DNA of 63,227 nt, filler included, from Dugesia japonica (taxonomy: Eukaryota), in the NCBI GenBank assembly GCA_001938525.1. It is 5 parts of 5 records of this genome, joined end to end, with 100 filler letters (N's around TTAATTAATTAA, not from the genome) between each part and the next. Parts side by side here need not be neighbours in the genome. Positions count along the whole stretch, not along the records: positions 38,081 to 46,450 come from MQRL01459390.1; positions 46,551 to 54,849 come from MQRL01547379.1; 3 more parts are not named here. One strand, 5' to 3'. Position numbers and translations under genes: made by a program. Under the pieces are notes generated by a model, which saw only the letters and a program-made list of their open reading frames with translations, did not search any database and was not told the DNA's origin. This document shows, piece after piece, positions 38,974-51,999 of the stretch (position 1 is its first letter; each line of letters starts with the position of its first letter).

Positions 38974-39589
38974 AATTTTTATAATATATGAAAATTTTAA
39001 TTAAATTTTAGCTATTTTGAATTAGAATTTTAAAAACTTTGATTATTAAATATTAAGACTTATAGTTATAATTAACTCTAGTTATTTTAATTTAAAAGAT
39101 TTTATGTTGTAACCACTTTGAATTTCGACTAAATAGTTAATTTTATAGTTTGATAAAACTTTATTTTAGATCTTTTAATAAATTATTAATTGAGTAGTTA
39201 ATTTAGTAGTTGAATTTTAAATTTCAATTATTAAAATATTATTAGTTATTTTAAAGATAAGTCATAATTAAAATTATTTTAACTGGATATAATTTTTATT
39301 ATCAATTTATCTTAATAATTATATTTTATTATTTAGATCAATTTCAATATTTCAGTTTAATTACTTTAAGATTAGTGTGATAACTATATTTTAATAATCT
39401 CCTAAAAACTTAGAAATTTCAAAATTGAATTGAATTGATGAATGATTTTAAAATTATTNNNNNNNNNNNNNNNNNNNNNNNNNNNNNNNNNNGATACAAT
39501 AGATACTTAATAGAATAGTTATGAATTAGGATTTAAGTGCTTAAATTATTGATATTTTGTTAATTAGTAATTATTATTATTACTTAATT

Positions 39590-40640
39590 AAAATATGGTT
39601 ACGTGCAAACAAGAAAGTGGTTCGAGATGAAGATCATTTCTCGGGAAAATATATTGGAGCTGCATGCAATCAATGTAATTTATACAGAAAGATCAGAATA
39701 GAACTGCCTGTTGTGTTTCATAACTTTAAGCGTTATAATTCACATCATATAATCAAATATGCTCTCAATAAATTCAAGCATTGGGGGCTGAAACCATTAG
39801 CACCAACCACAGAAAAATTCCTTGCAATATTTTCAAATGTGGGTCATGTAGTCAAAATTCAATTTATTGATTCGTTCCAGTTCCTGAGCAGTTCGCTATC
39901 ATAGTTGACTGCAACTCATGTAAGCTAGCCGATTATATTAACAGAATTCCAAAAATAAAGGAATAGTTCTTTATAAGTTTGCTTTATCTTATGAGATGCT
40001 TGTCAATCAAAACGTTGCCGGAAAAAATCGAAGAAGAATATCGATTGGCAATTTTAGCATGGTCTAATCTTGGAGTAAAATTCTTTTGGAATATATGTTA
40101 TATTATATAAAACTGGATATTTATCTATTGGCGGATGTATTCCGAACATTAAGAAAAATAGTACTTGAAGAGCAATGGATTGGAACTACTTCAATTTCTA
40201 TCATTACTGGAATTGAGTNGGCCAAGTGCTCTCAAAACCATGGATAAGCCGTTTGAATTGCTCCAGGGTCCAATAATACAACGATTATTTGAATCAGGAA
40301 TAAAAGGTGACATGGCATTTATAAATACACATTACGTTTGAGCAGATGAGAATTCTTCACTGCTATATATCGATATAAATAATCTATATAATTGGGTCTT
40401 AACTCAGCCAGTGCCATATAGAGACTTTGAGTTTATAGCGGAAGATCCGTTTGAAGAAGAATATCAGAAGTTATTATTACGCTATGAAAATGAAATTGGA
40501 TACCTGTTGAAGTTGATCTGGATATACCTATCAAACATCGTGATAAGTTGTATCAATTATCTGTGGCACCAGAGCATAAAGGCCCGCGAGAATCAAAAGT
40601 GTCTTGAGTCTCTTTCAAAAGAATTTAAAATGTATTGAGT
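39590..40640 (+). pseudogene. Protein-primed PolB fragment (exonuclease region to motif A)
   Basis: VRDEDHFSGKYIGAACNQCNL, VVFHNFKRYNSH, FIDSFQFLSSSL, LLADVF, LLYIDINNLY. Confidence 0.9.
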
Positions 40641-41959
40641 ATTCATATAACAGCTGAAATTTAAACAAATTAATAGAAATAATGAGCTAAATAAGAAATG
40701 AACGGGTAACGAACAGGAAATCAATAAAGCTGAGTAAGCTAATCACATATCTCTTAATCATATATTTGATACGTATAACTAATTTAAGTCCCAAAATATT
40801 CCTAAGTATAAGTAGTATCTACTACATTTACTTTGACGATTGAGGAATCACTATAAAATAGATAGATAGGTTATATTTCTGAAATTCTTAGTTAGTATTT
40901 GTTATGAAAAGTATAGCGACTAGTAGCAACTGGTCACTCAAATTTCATGACAAATGATTACTCTATAGTTTTTTTCAGCTTATGGGTTTCAAAAGTAAGA
41001 GTTGGCATGTATCCTTTTCCACAAAAGATACATTCTTCATTACCATCTGTTTACCCTCTGCTTGTTTCTTCTTTTACTCATCTGCTTATTTGCTTGTTTC
41101 TTCTTTTCACTAGTTACCTTACAAACAGTTTGATTGGTAATAAAATCAATATACTCTTGCATGTTTTCATCTATTGACTATAACTTGTACATTATTAAAT
41201 CGTTTTCTAATTATTCTATAGCTTTTTGATACTCAAAGGTTTAAGAGTACTTAATGGTTTTCTAAGTACTCTATAGCTTTGTAGAGTTGTCTATTGTTTC
41301 ATGAGATATTTAGGGTTGTATTCAATACATTGAATATGACATGTTTAACTGATTTATTAAGAGTTTCATAAAGAAACATAGCAATGATATACAATGATAA
41401 ATAATATACACAGTATACAGCAATTTTTTCAAAGTATAATCATATTTCATAGAAATAGACTGATTTTCATTAAAACATATCAATTTTTATTAATTCATAT
41501 CAAATCACTTAAATTTAAGCAGTAATATACTAGATTCAATACAATATACGCTAATGGCTTATACCAATAAAACAAGTCATCAATTCTTGACAACAGATTA
41601 CTTAATACTTGGAGGTTATTTAGTTATATTTCAGAAATAAGCATATTATAAATGCACGTATTTATTTAATTTCAATTAAAATTATTAATCAATTGTATTA
41701 GAATATTAAATATGTCTTGTTTAAGTTATTGTTTGCCAGAAATGTAACTTTTTCAGATTTTCAATTTTTTTATTCATGTATATAAGCCAAATCTTTAAGC
41801 AATTGTTTAATATTATAAAGGAAAATGTGACAACAGTTGTATACCTTCTATTTAGACTAATACAAATCATTAAACACGATAAATTCATTAACTCAATACA
41901 TTCAATAAACGAAGTATATTTAACGAGCCTGATACATTCATTTAACCTGTAAGTTTAAA

Positions 41960-42150
41960 GTGATACAGTGGAAACATGTGATAGAGTAAGACCACGAGTA
42001 TCAATAAAGCTACTGAACACAGTAAATAAGTGCGACACAGTAAACCAATTTTTTACAAAAAACTAATGTGTAACAATGAAACCAATGAACAAAAGAAAAG
42101 CCCACGTATTTCAGTGAAACCAGAGTAATATAGTAAACTCAATGAATGCC
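41960..42150. repeat. Degenerate ~18-19 bp minisatellite
   Basis: Periodic CAGTAAA/CAGTGAAAC units; a related array lies at 43800-43990. Confidence 0.55.
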
Positions 42151-42872
42151 ACACATAACACCAAATCAAATTATTCAGGTAAATTATTCAACTTATTATT
42201 AATTTATCAATTAAACATGCATTGAGTCCAATCATCTATTAATAAATTTTAATCAGCTATATACAAATTGTCACCATCTATTGTACATTGAGTCATTAGT
42301 TTGACATTCTTTACATTTAAATTTTATTTAGATAACTTGACTTTTAAANNNNNNNNNNNNNNNNNNNNNNNNNNNNNNNNNNNNNNNNNNNNNNNNNNNN
42401 NNNNNNNNNNNNNNNNNNNNNNNNNNNNNNNNNNNNNNNNNNNNNNNNNNNNNNNNNNNNNNNNNNNNNNNNNNNNNNNNNNNNNNNNNNNNNNNNNNNN
42501 NNNNNNNNNTAAAGCTAATGAAAATTAATTAATTTCACAAAAGTTATTTAAATTTCAAAAATTTCCCCAAGTCTAAAATTTATCGAAAATAATAGGTTTA
42601 ATAGATTTATAGTTTTCATTAAATCTACTTTGATAGATTGTTTTCATATAGTTCATTGGTTATATTTAATAGTTATACTAAAATAATTAAAAATAATCGT
42701 TATAGTAAAATAATTAAAAATAATGGTTATAGTAAAAATACTAATTTTATTAAGATTTGTTAATCTTTTTACAATTGCAATTATTGCGAGAATAATTTTT
42801 GGACATAACCATTAATCATTTATCAGAATTCTTTTAAAAATAAAGCTTCGATCAAAATGGTTTTTTTATTTG

Positions 42873-42992
42873 GTATTAAATAGCAATTTGATATGTCGAA
42901 TTAGTCTTCTTCAGAAATTGACTTTTTTAATTTTTTTTAAAAGTCAATTCCTGAAGAAGACTAAGTCAAAATATCGAATTGCTATTTAATAC
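42873..42992. ncRNA. Inverted pair of minimal hammerhead motifs (Penelope-like)
   Basis: Plus strand: caattc-CTGAAGA-agactaagtc-AAAA-tatc-gaattg (42945-42981). Minus strand: caattt-CTGAAGA-agactaattc-GACA-tatc-aaattg (42884-42920). Inverted arms of about 50 bp. Confidence 0.75.
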
Positions 42993-43799
42993 TTTGAAAG
43001 TAGATCCACTAAAGCCAATGAACAACACACATTACATAACATGTAGTATTTTGTCACAATACCTTATCAAATCAGTCAATTAAAGTAAATTATTGTATTA
43101 TTTTTAGACTGCAAATAGAATCCAAACCAATATGATTTGAAATAAATCTTGTTATTTAAATTATATGTATTCATATTATTTAAATATAAATTAAATTATT
43201 TTAATGTTTCAAAATTTTATGATGCCGATTTTATTAGTAAAATCCATTCCCCAATAGCATTAATTTAAAATAATTTCAAAAATTTTATTTTAGACTATCA
43301 ATATAATCAAGCAAAAGATGCTTAAAAAGCAATTTTATTTTGAAATAAATTTTGTAACTCAAATAATAATTTTATTTTGTATTTCACTATATTTAATTAT
43401 AACTATTTTATAAATTTGAATATTTGAATTTTGCGTGTTTTTTTTATCAATAGTAATAATTAAATATTTTATCATGTTTTCAATATAATTTTATTATTTT
43501 TAGTTTTTTCTGTGTAAATAGTTTTTAAAAGTTTTAACTCTTTTCAAATGTAAATCAAAATATATATTAAAAAAATCATTAAAGTTAAAGAATTTACTAG
43601 AAAGATCATGAATAAAAATAAAATGAACAAGTTTTGAAAAATAAATTAAAATTAATACAAGGAAGCATTTCTTGCCCTATAGGTCCTTTAAGCAATGTAT
43701 AAGTAGTAGTTTATTCTGATTTATTAAATTTCTACTAATTTCCTTAATTTCTCTAAGTTTTATAAACTATATAATTATTTTATAAATTTCACAGAGTTT

Positions 43800-43990
43800 A
43801 GGAAGTGATATAGAAAACCAATAAATACAGTAAACATGTGAATATAGTAATCGAATTGGTTCAGAAGAACAATGTGTTACAGAAAACAAGTGGATTCAGT
43901 AAAACCCATGGGTTTTAATAAAGCTAATGTGAAACTGTAAATGCCACGTATATCAGTAAAGCAGTATGACACAGTATAGCCTAAGTGCAA
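43800..43990. repeat. Degenerate ~18-19 bp minisatellite
   Basis: Periodic CAGTAAA units related to 41960-42150. Confidence 0.55.
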
Positions 43991-44399
43991 AAAGGTCTAA
44001 AACATCCAGTCATGACAATATCCATCTTTTTGAAGAATATATTTTACACTATGAAGCTAAAATATTAAGTCCATAAAAAAATTCAGATTGCGTCAAAACT
44101 TTAGAAAAAGATTATGTAAAGAAATATTTATAAGGCGCATTATGGTCAAAGCAATGTTTATAGATATATTGCAAAGACTATCAGTTTGAAATATTATAAT
44201 AACTACAAAAACTTATTATCTAAGATATTTATTGTTAAAAAATATTATTTCTACTTCTTCTTTTGTGATATAATTAAATCTATAATTGTGACTATAAAGA
44301 TACTTTTTTAGAAAAAATTTAACTTAATAAAAAATAAACGAATTAATTAATTATAATATAATTTTAAAAAACAAATTGTAACACAGAGAAAATTAGTAG

Positions 44400-45309
44400 T
44401 GTAGTATTACACTCAGAAAATTAAGAATTAGATATTTTAAATATTTAAATTAATTTTGTTTAAATCATCTATTTTATTCTTCTTATTTAAATTATGTCAT
44501 TCGTTATTGACTACAATAGTGTCAGAAGCAAAGAAGAAAATTACGTTTAGGTGAAAATACCAAAATTTTTCACTAATCCGATAAATTTGTTCACACAAGT
44601 ATATATAGCTTTAGAATTTTCCAACATTTGCAATTCCAAGACAAAATATTTTCATGTGCACACTAGCTTGCCTCTAGATATTTTATAAATCATTTCCTAT
44701 GATTTAAATAAACATGGCAATGATCCTTATGAAAATCTAAAATAGCCACATTAGCGAAAACAACAACTCGGCTTACAAATTCAAAAATTAAATCTTATAA
44801 TCATCTATCTCAAAATTTATTAGAGCTTACGCAAGGCTTCAAAATTATGCAGCCTTGTAAAAATCTAGAAACTTCAAATCTTCTCATACACAGATTTATG
44901 CAGAATTGACAATCAACATTCAACATCATTTGGTACAATATCAAACTAATACTATGGATGACCTTGCATGATAAATGCTAATTTGTATGTATCAAACGTG
45001 AATTAATAAGACCACTACAGCCAGTTTATAAAGGTCTGATAACTTGGAGATATGAAGACGGCAAAGCTATTGAAGTAATGTGAAGATGACAAGCAGAACA
45101 AATTTACATAAGCAAAATTCGTCAGCCTTTATATTGAATGCTCCTCCATCTTACGGGGGTGTGATGTAGTATTACACTCAGAAAATTATGAATTAAATAT
45201 ATTAAATATTTAAATTAATTTTGTTTAAATCATCTATTTATTGAAGTATATACTTTTCAAATTACTTGGATTCTTCTCATTTAAATTATAACATTCGATA
45301 TTGATTACT
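44400..45309 (+). mobile_element. Miniature internally deleted Gypsy element with both LTRs
   Basis: LTRs at 44400-44515 and 45165-45309 (TGTAGTATTACACTCAG...). PBS-like TAGTGTCAGAAG, G-rich PPT, near-TSD AGTAG/AGTAT. Internal RPLQPVYKG resembles the integrase GPY region. Confidence 0.85.
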
Positions 45310-46450
45310 AGTATAATCTGAAAAAATACCAAAATCAATAACTTAAACCATGTTTTAATTTAATTTTTTTATTTATGTTTATCTAACATTATTTTAATTT
45401 GTCATATCAACAAAAATATGATAATAAAATTAATATTTTCATTAATATCAAATTATAACATTATTTTCATTAAAATACTCTACCAATTCTGACATTCTCT
45501 CTACAATACATTTCATATAATTTTCTCAAAAATTCATAACGTTCCTTTATTTTTTCAGAGTTCTTAGATTTTTCTCTATACTCATCTGACAATGTTTCAT
45601 CTATCTGAATAAGTTTATTTATTTTTTTTCGATATATTTTATGAATATTTTCAACACCTTCATATTCTTCTATTAGAAAGTTTTGAAATAACTCTAAAAA
45701 ATTGCTTCTTCATTAAATTTGATTTCTTTTGTAGATGTCAGATTTGATGTTGTTAATTCTAATTTTATAATATTTTTGTTTGATTTATTATTTTTAATAA
45801 TTAAATTATTTTTATTTATTTGACTTTCTCTTGATAATTTAACATTTTTATTGATATTTTTTTCATTATCGTCATCTTCATGTTGAAGTTTTAAATTTAA
45901 TCTTTATGTCAATATTAGTGATTGGTTTTTTAGCAATATCTTCAAAGATTTTGGTCCATTCCATAATCTTGATAATTTGACACAATTTCTGTATTTGCTG
46001 TGGTGATTTCTATACTAATTTTATCTTAATTATTAAAATTTAATAATTCATTCTTTGTTTATTTATCTCAAATAATATTGTTAAATTAGTAGAGTATAGA
46101 ACACAACTAATATCAATAGAAAAAGCTTTTAACCCTTAAATTGTATTATAGTGGTTTTATCTATAGCTAGCATTTAACCTTACTATTGAAATTATATTAC
46201 TTATTGTTATTTTGCCAAGATTATTAGTATTTTCTTTAGTTACCTTTTATCGCCATTACTACAATTAATACAGTCCCTATTATATAAGTACCTATTACTA
46301 TTTTTATGTCTTTTAATATTATTCCTATTGCTTACTATATCTTTTACTGAATATTATTATCACTATTATTATTAAAAATTTTATCCTTAAAACACTGTTT
46401 AAAATTTTATAAGTAAAAATTTACTATTTTTAAAGTTTAATACGTTCTTT

Positions 46451-46550
46451 NNNNNNNNNNNNNNNNNNNNNNNNNNNNNNNNNNNNNNNNNNNNTTAATT
46501 AATTAANNNNNNNNNNNNNNNNNNNNNNNNNNNNNNNNNNNNNNNNNNNN
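46451..46550. other. Artificial contig linker
   Basis: N44-TTAATTAATTAA-N44. Confidence 0.97.
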
Positions 46551-47904
46551 TCGACCTTCCCGAGCTAAAATTCAACCGTTCCAGCCTGAATTCGAAAAAT
46601 ATTTTCACATATTCGTAACGACTAGTCAAAATGCTTCCATATGAAAACAGTCAAAACACTGAAATTAGTAAAACAGTCAGCGGCAGGGGGCGGGGTTGGG
46701 GGTTGCTGTTCCAGTGCGCTAGTATCCATCTACTAATAATAATTGCCTTTATTCTTGAATCTCTTTTCTGAGTTTCTTCTGCAACTCGTGATTTTACTAT
46801 AATTTCAAGTATTAATGCTGCTAATTGAAGTTTACCACAATTTTCAGCTTTATGCTGATGTCTGATAGCGTCTTTTATTTGTTTTTCATCTTTTGTAATA
46901 GATTTGGGTTTATTGAATATTAAAAGTTTTCCTTATTCTTATTCATTATAACTCGTGATTAGTCATTAATTTTACATAAAAAGCTTAACTATAATGTTAA
47001 TTGGTTCGATATTACCAGTCTTACCATATAATAAGTGAGACGTTTTAATAATAATCTTTTACCAAATTACTTTATGTTATTAATTATTATTAGATAAACT
47101 AATTTACTTATGAAAGTTTTACTTAGAAAAGATTAGAAAAGACTTCCTTTATTATAATAACTTTATATATTAATGAACTACTATTACCATATTTGAGTTA
47201 GAGTTGATTGAAGAAATATATTTGTTTTGTCTATGATATGATACACTTTCTGAAGGATTTAAATAATTTATTGATAAAAGATACTGTACTACCTTTCATC
47301 GTGGAAAGTTTAATATTGTTTTAGGTAACAAGTATGAAGATATTGCTTATTGTGATGCTTTGCTGAGAACAGGAAAAAATAGTCTAATTTTCTCAGATGT
47401 AGTTGATAAGTGATGAAAGATATTTTAGATGAATGAATACTGATAAATACTCTCTGGACAGTCAATTGAGATATGTGGACAGTTTATATGCTGAATAACA
47501 TATTGGAATACTGGTTATCTTTTCACTTTTAGAGATAATAAAAACTTGCTTTGTTTTCAGTTCTTTTTCATAACTCACTGATGAAAAATATTTGTTTCAT
47601 GTTATCGATAACATTATTTTTCTTATTGAGTTGTTTATCACGTTTTAAAACTTATTAGGTTTTATTTGATGGTTGTGCTGCTAAATGAAGAAACTGGCAC
47701 AAAACTGCACTATAATTTAGGTAATTTTTTAAATAATGTGATTCCCGCTTATTGTGATCATGTTTGTTAACTTATAATTAATCTTATTAAATGGCTACTC
47801 TAATAACGGAAAATAAACAGTCCTTTTGAATTTGATTATATAAAGCGACCGATTTCATTAACCAATTATCACAATAAAGTCCACTTACTGTAGTTTCAAA
47901 ATAT

Positions 47905-47924
47905 ATTTATATTATTATTATTAA

Positions 47925-47977
<53 letters not shown>

Positions 47978-48040
47978 NNNNNNNNNNNNNNNNNNNNNNN
48001 NNNNNNNNNNNNNNNNNNNNNNNNNNNNNNNNNNNNNNNN

Positions 48041-48073
<33 letters not shown>

Positions 48074-48130
48074 AACATTATTATTAACATTATTATTAGC
48101 ATTATTATTAATTGTTATCATTGTTATTAT
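47905..48130. repeat. (ATT)n microsatellite, partly N
   Basis: Direct ATT repeats. Confidence 0.95.
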
Positions 48131-48155
48131 AATTTAATTCAATTTCATAAATTAG

Positions 48156-49218
48156 AATGTCCTACTCCATATTCAATTGTTTGCCCATGTCAAGGAAATC
48201 CGAGATTGAAATCCATCATACGTCATTTTTGCGTAACTGTCAATTGTAAATGCGTATGTCGCAAGATTTTTATTCCTTGTCCTTGCCACAAAATACTAAA
48301 TAAAATAAAAAAAGGATCATGTACACTAAGTACTGTTAAAACAAGAACTGTTAAAACAAGAACCGTTCAAGTATTTAAATCTGTAAATGATCAAAAAGGA
48401 TGCAGATGGGAATTATTGATATCGTATCAAGATGCTTGCAGTTTGTTAAATTTTTCATGAATATTTTTAAAAATAATAACTTTTTGTCTTCCAGAATGTG
48501 AAAATGTTTCCGTAATAAAAACTTGCCTCAAACACTCAATATATCGAACGACTACAATAAAATACTATCGCGTTAAAATTCCCGATCAATTTCCAAAGCA
48601 TATATGTGCACAATCCAAAATAGTTTCAGACAAAATAATTGGTGAGTTTTCTTAGTAATGATTTAAATAAATCGAATTTACATAAAAATTTAGAATGCAA
48701 TAAAAACTACATTTCCTATGGATATTGCAGTAATTATAGACAATCCGTAATAGAATGCGTGTACAGAAGTGTAAATTGTAGATGTGAAATGAGTTGTCAT
48801 ATAATTCGTTATCGTTGTTGTGAATTTCAAAAACTGGATTACTGCAAAACAACATGTATAAGAAATATNNNNNNNNCTATTTGTTATAAACACAAATCTG
48901 GACCATCACGATGCATTTTAGATTTCACTTCAAAGATTCCCATTGTTGAAAAATGTTCATCAGAAATAAATATTCAATGTAGAGAATCGAATTATCCAAT
49001 CAATAATTGTTATTATAAATCATGCGATAAAACATTTTACGTTTATCAAAATTGTCGGTGTGTTACACATACCCAAACAACATACACGATTATTCGAGCT
49101 CGAAAACCTACAAGACAAATACGATGCATGCATAATAGGAAAGTTGTGAAAATAACAAATTTTATCGTTAAACAAAATCGATGCCAACCATTGTATCATG
49201 AAGAGTTCATTAATATCG
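48156..49218 (+). CDS. Three internal exons of a host cysteine-rich repeat protein (48156-48440, 48495-48641, 48694-49218)
   Basis: GT-AG introns of 54 and 52 nt, all junctions phase 1. Exon lengths 285/147/525 are multiples of 3. Open Cys-rich frame with NCxC and CC motifs. Confidence 0.8.
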
Positions 49219-49309
49219 GTAATTATAACTTAAAATTAAATTGCATTATATTTTTCATAAATTAAAATAAGATTAGTTCTTTTCGTACAAAGAATTTCAT
49301 ATTTCTTAT

Positions 49310-50150
49310 TGTAGCAGGCTGGGGCCGATTAGCTTTATAATTAGCTTTCAATACTCCAAAAAACTCCTCATTAGGATTAAGCTGAGGAGAATATGCAGAG
49401 TAAACTTTAAATGATTAAATTTTCTCTAAGAAGCCCGAGCACATCTAGCCTATGATGGAATCTGCAGTTATCTATTATTAGAATCGATCCTCTGTTTCTT
49501 TAAAAATAATCAACAAGTTTTGTTTCAATGAACTGCTTGAACTTTTCTCTATCGTATGCTCCACTTACAATTTCAAAAGCAGCAACGCAAGATAAGCAAT
49601 TGCACACGTTTATCTCTTGTTTACTTCTTTATTTGCTTTAACAGTTGAGAATGCCTTTGTATTAATAAGTGAATATCCATAGCTTTGTGATGTAAGGAGA
49701 TTAAATCTTGTTTCATCTAAAAAAACAAGACGTTCAAGAGGCACAGTAATGCTCTTTGTTTACAATACATCTGATTCTTTGATTCAATGTTCTTTCTGAA
49801 ATTCTCTCGGTTGGTTTAAGGGATAATCTTTTTCTAGTAATTTCCATGCTTTGTAGTGATTTTGAAATGAAAGACTAGCTCTTGCTGACTCTACTTGTAC
49901 CTAATGCCACTGAGACTCGGCGTTGAGTCAGTTGATTGTTCTTATTAAGAAGAGCTGCAGTTTGTAAATTGATTTCTATATTTAATACTTGCTTCGTCTC
50001 TTTCTTCTTTATATTATCAGAATTTGAATGACCTAATGTTATTTTCTTAGTGATTTTTGCAGCACAGCTAACGGATATACAGTTGGAAGCTGAAACGTAA
50101 TAATTCTAAGCATTTCACCATATAGTGTAATTCTTAACGTTCTATTATTT
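49310..50150 (-). mobile_element. Tc1/IS630-like DDE transposase remnant
   Basis: FLDETRFNL, LIIDNCRFHH, AYSPQLNPNEEFF. Confidence 0.88.
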
Positions 50151-51999
50151 GAATTTTCTGTAAAAGGACTCGATTAAAAGAATTTAAGTAAATCTTTCAA
50201 TTATATATTCAATATATAAAATTTCATTATTCGTCACAAAGATATTTTCTTTAGTCAAAAAGTTTACATTTTGTAATAATAAAGTAATTAATTAATATGT
50301 TACATTTTACTAAATACTCTAAAATATTAAGACTTCCTGGAAACTATCTCAGTTGATTGCATGGGATTGTGGTGTGTTAAAATGAGACTGTGCACAAACA
50401 TGAGATCTTAAAGCTAACGATATCAAGAAGTTTGCCATTGATGGTGTGATGGTAATAAGAGAACTGGAGATTCCATTCTGGACTGGATTTATTGTCTGAG
50501 GTGTTTGATATTCACATCGATGGCAACAGTGAATAAGAAATAGAGCTTGATTCCTAGAGTCCCATATTTCTCTCTGTTTCCTTAGCGTTCTCTTCTTATA
50601 TCTTTTCTATTTTATTTTGTTTTGACAACAATCTGCTGGACTCACTAAGACATTATGACCTGGTGGAGATTGTCTTGCTTGTAAGATAATCTGTGTTTTC
50701 CACGGCGTTTCTATTCGTGTGAAATTTTAACAGTATTTTAAGACCAAAAATATACCAGGAAAAATGATAATTAATATATAACTTAATATTTTAAAATATT
50801 CTACTGATAAAATGTTTATGTATACTTCTACTTGTTTCATTGATTTTAATAAATCGATATGAATACTAATTTTTAAATCGGTAATAATATACATTAACAT
50901 ACTAAAATATAATTAGATTCTCAAATAAATCTTGAAACAAGATTATTTCACAAATAATTCATAATTGTGCTCTCAACTGTTTAGATTTATTTGAATCTTT
51001 CCATGCAGGCCTTCTCTTATCTCCTTGCTATTTGACCAACTTTCAAATAAGCGTTGGTGACTCTTCCTGGAGAATGTTTGGCGCGACCAGATTTATTTTG
51101 AATTCATTTGACTTTATAAAATTTTAAAAGGTCTGTAATCAAAATAGTATACAAATTACTTGTTTAAAAATTACAAAAATAAACATTAAACAAACTTATT
51201 ATATAACGATTTTTGTTGTTGCAACTAGAAGGCTTTCATCGTTGTGAGTAGCTCATGTTAACTTAAAGTAAGATCTGATTGATAATTCTATTGAAAAAAT
51301 TATTGCTTTTTATTTCATAGAACATTATAGTTTCGATTAATTCTTACTTAATAATGTATATTTGAACCGAAAATGCGGGAGAACATTATAGAACAAAACT
51401 GTCAAATCTACAAAAAACATGCATGAGCAGCACGAGACCTGCGGACCTTGTGCGATAAGGCTCACTTATAATTTAAATATATTTTCTCAGTGTTAAATTA
51501 GAAAAAATAAATATATTTAAAAGAAATTTGTATTTCGCAAAAGTTCTTCAAGTTAAATTAAAAAGGTTTCACTGATACATTTTTTTAAAATGTATTTTAT
51601 GTTGACAATGTAATTTATTAGTACTTGTCATTTTAATTTTTAAAACAATCGGCAGTATTTTTTAAATTTAGATATTGATTATAATCGATAACAAATTTTG
51701 TTTATCACTTGTCCAATTTTTCATCCTAAAAATGTGCTTAAAACAACCAACCAAGTAATAAATTTAGAAAACAAGACTAATTTCAGAAATAAATTTCATA
51801 ATGTAAACATTCAAAGATTTTATCAAAATTACATGATATTCGAGAGATTTTCACAATTAGTCACGTATGTGTTATTTTTCATTACGCCTGAAAATTCAAG
51901 GACTTGAAGTCTATGAATAAAATTAATGTTTAATATAAATTAATAGTTTGATAATCTGATAGAATATTTGAGATCTTGTTTTACTCATTGAGTAAATAT

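Noticed and set aside
46678-46723. Possible Helitron 3' end (GC-rich stretch then CTAGT)
   Set aside because: The hairpin is poor and no 5' TC end or Rep/helicase remnant was found.
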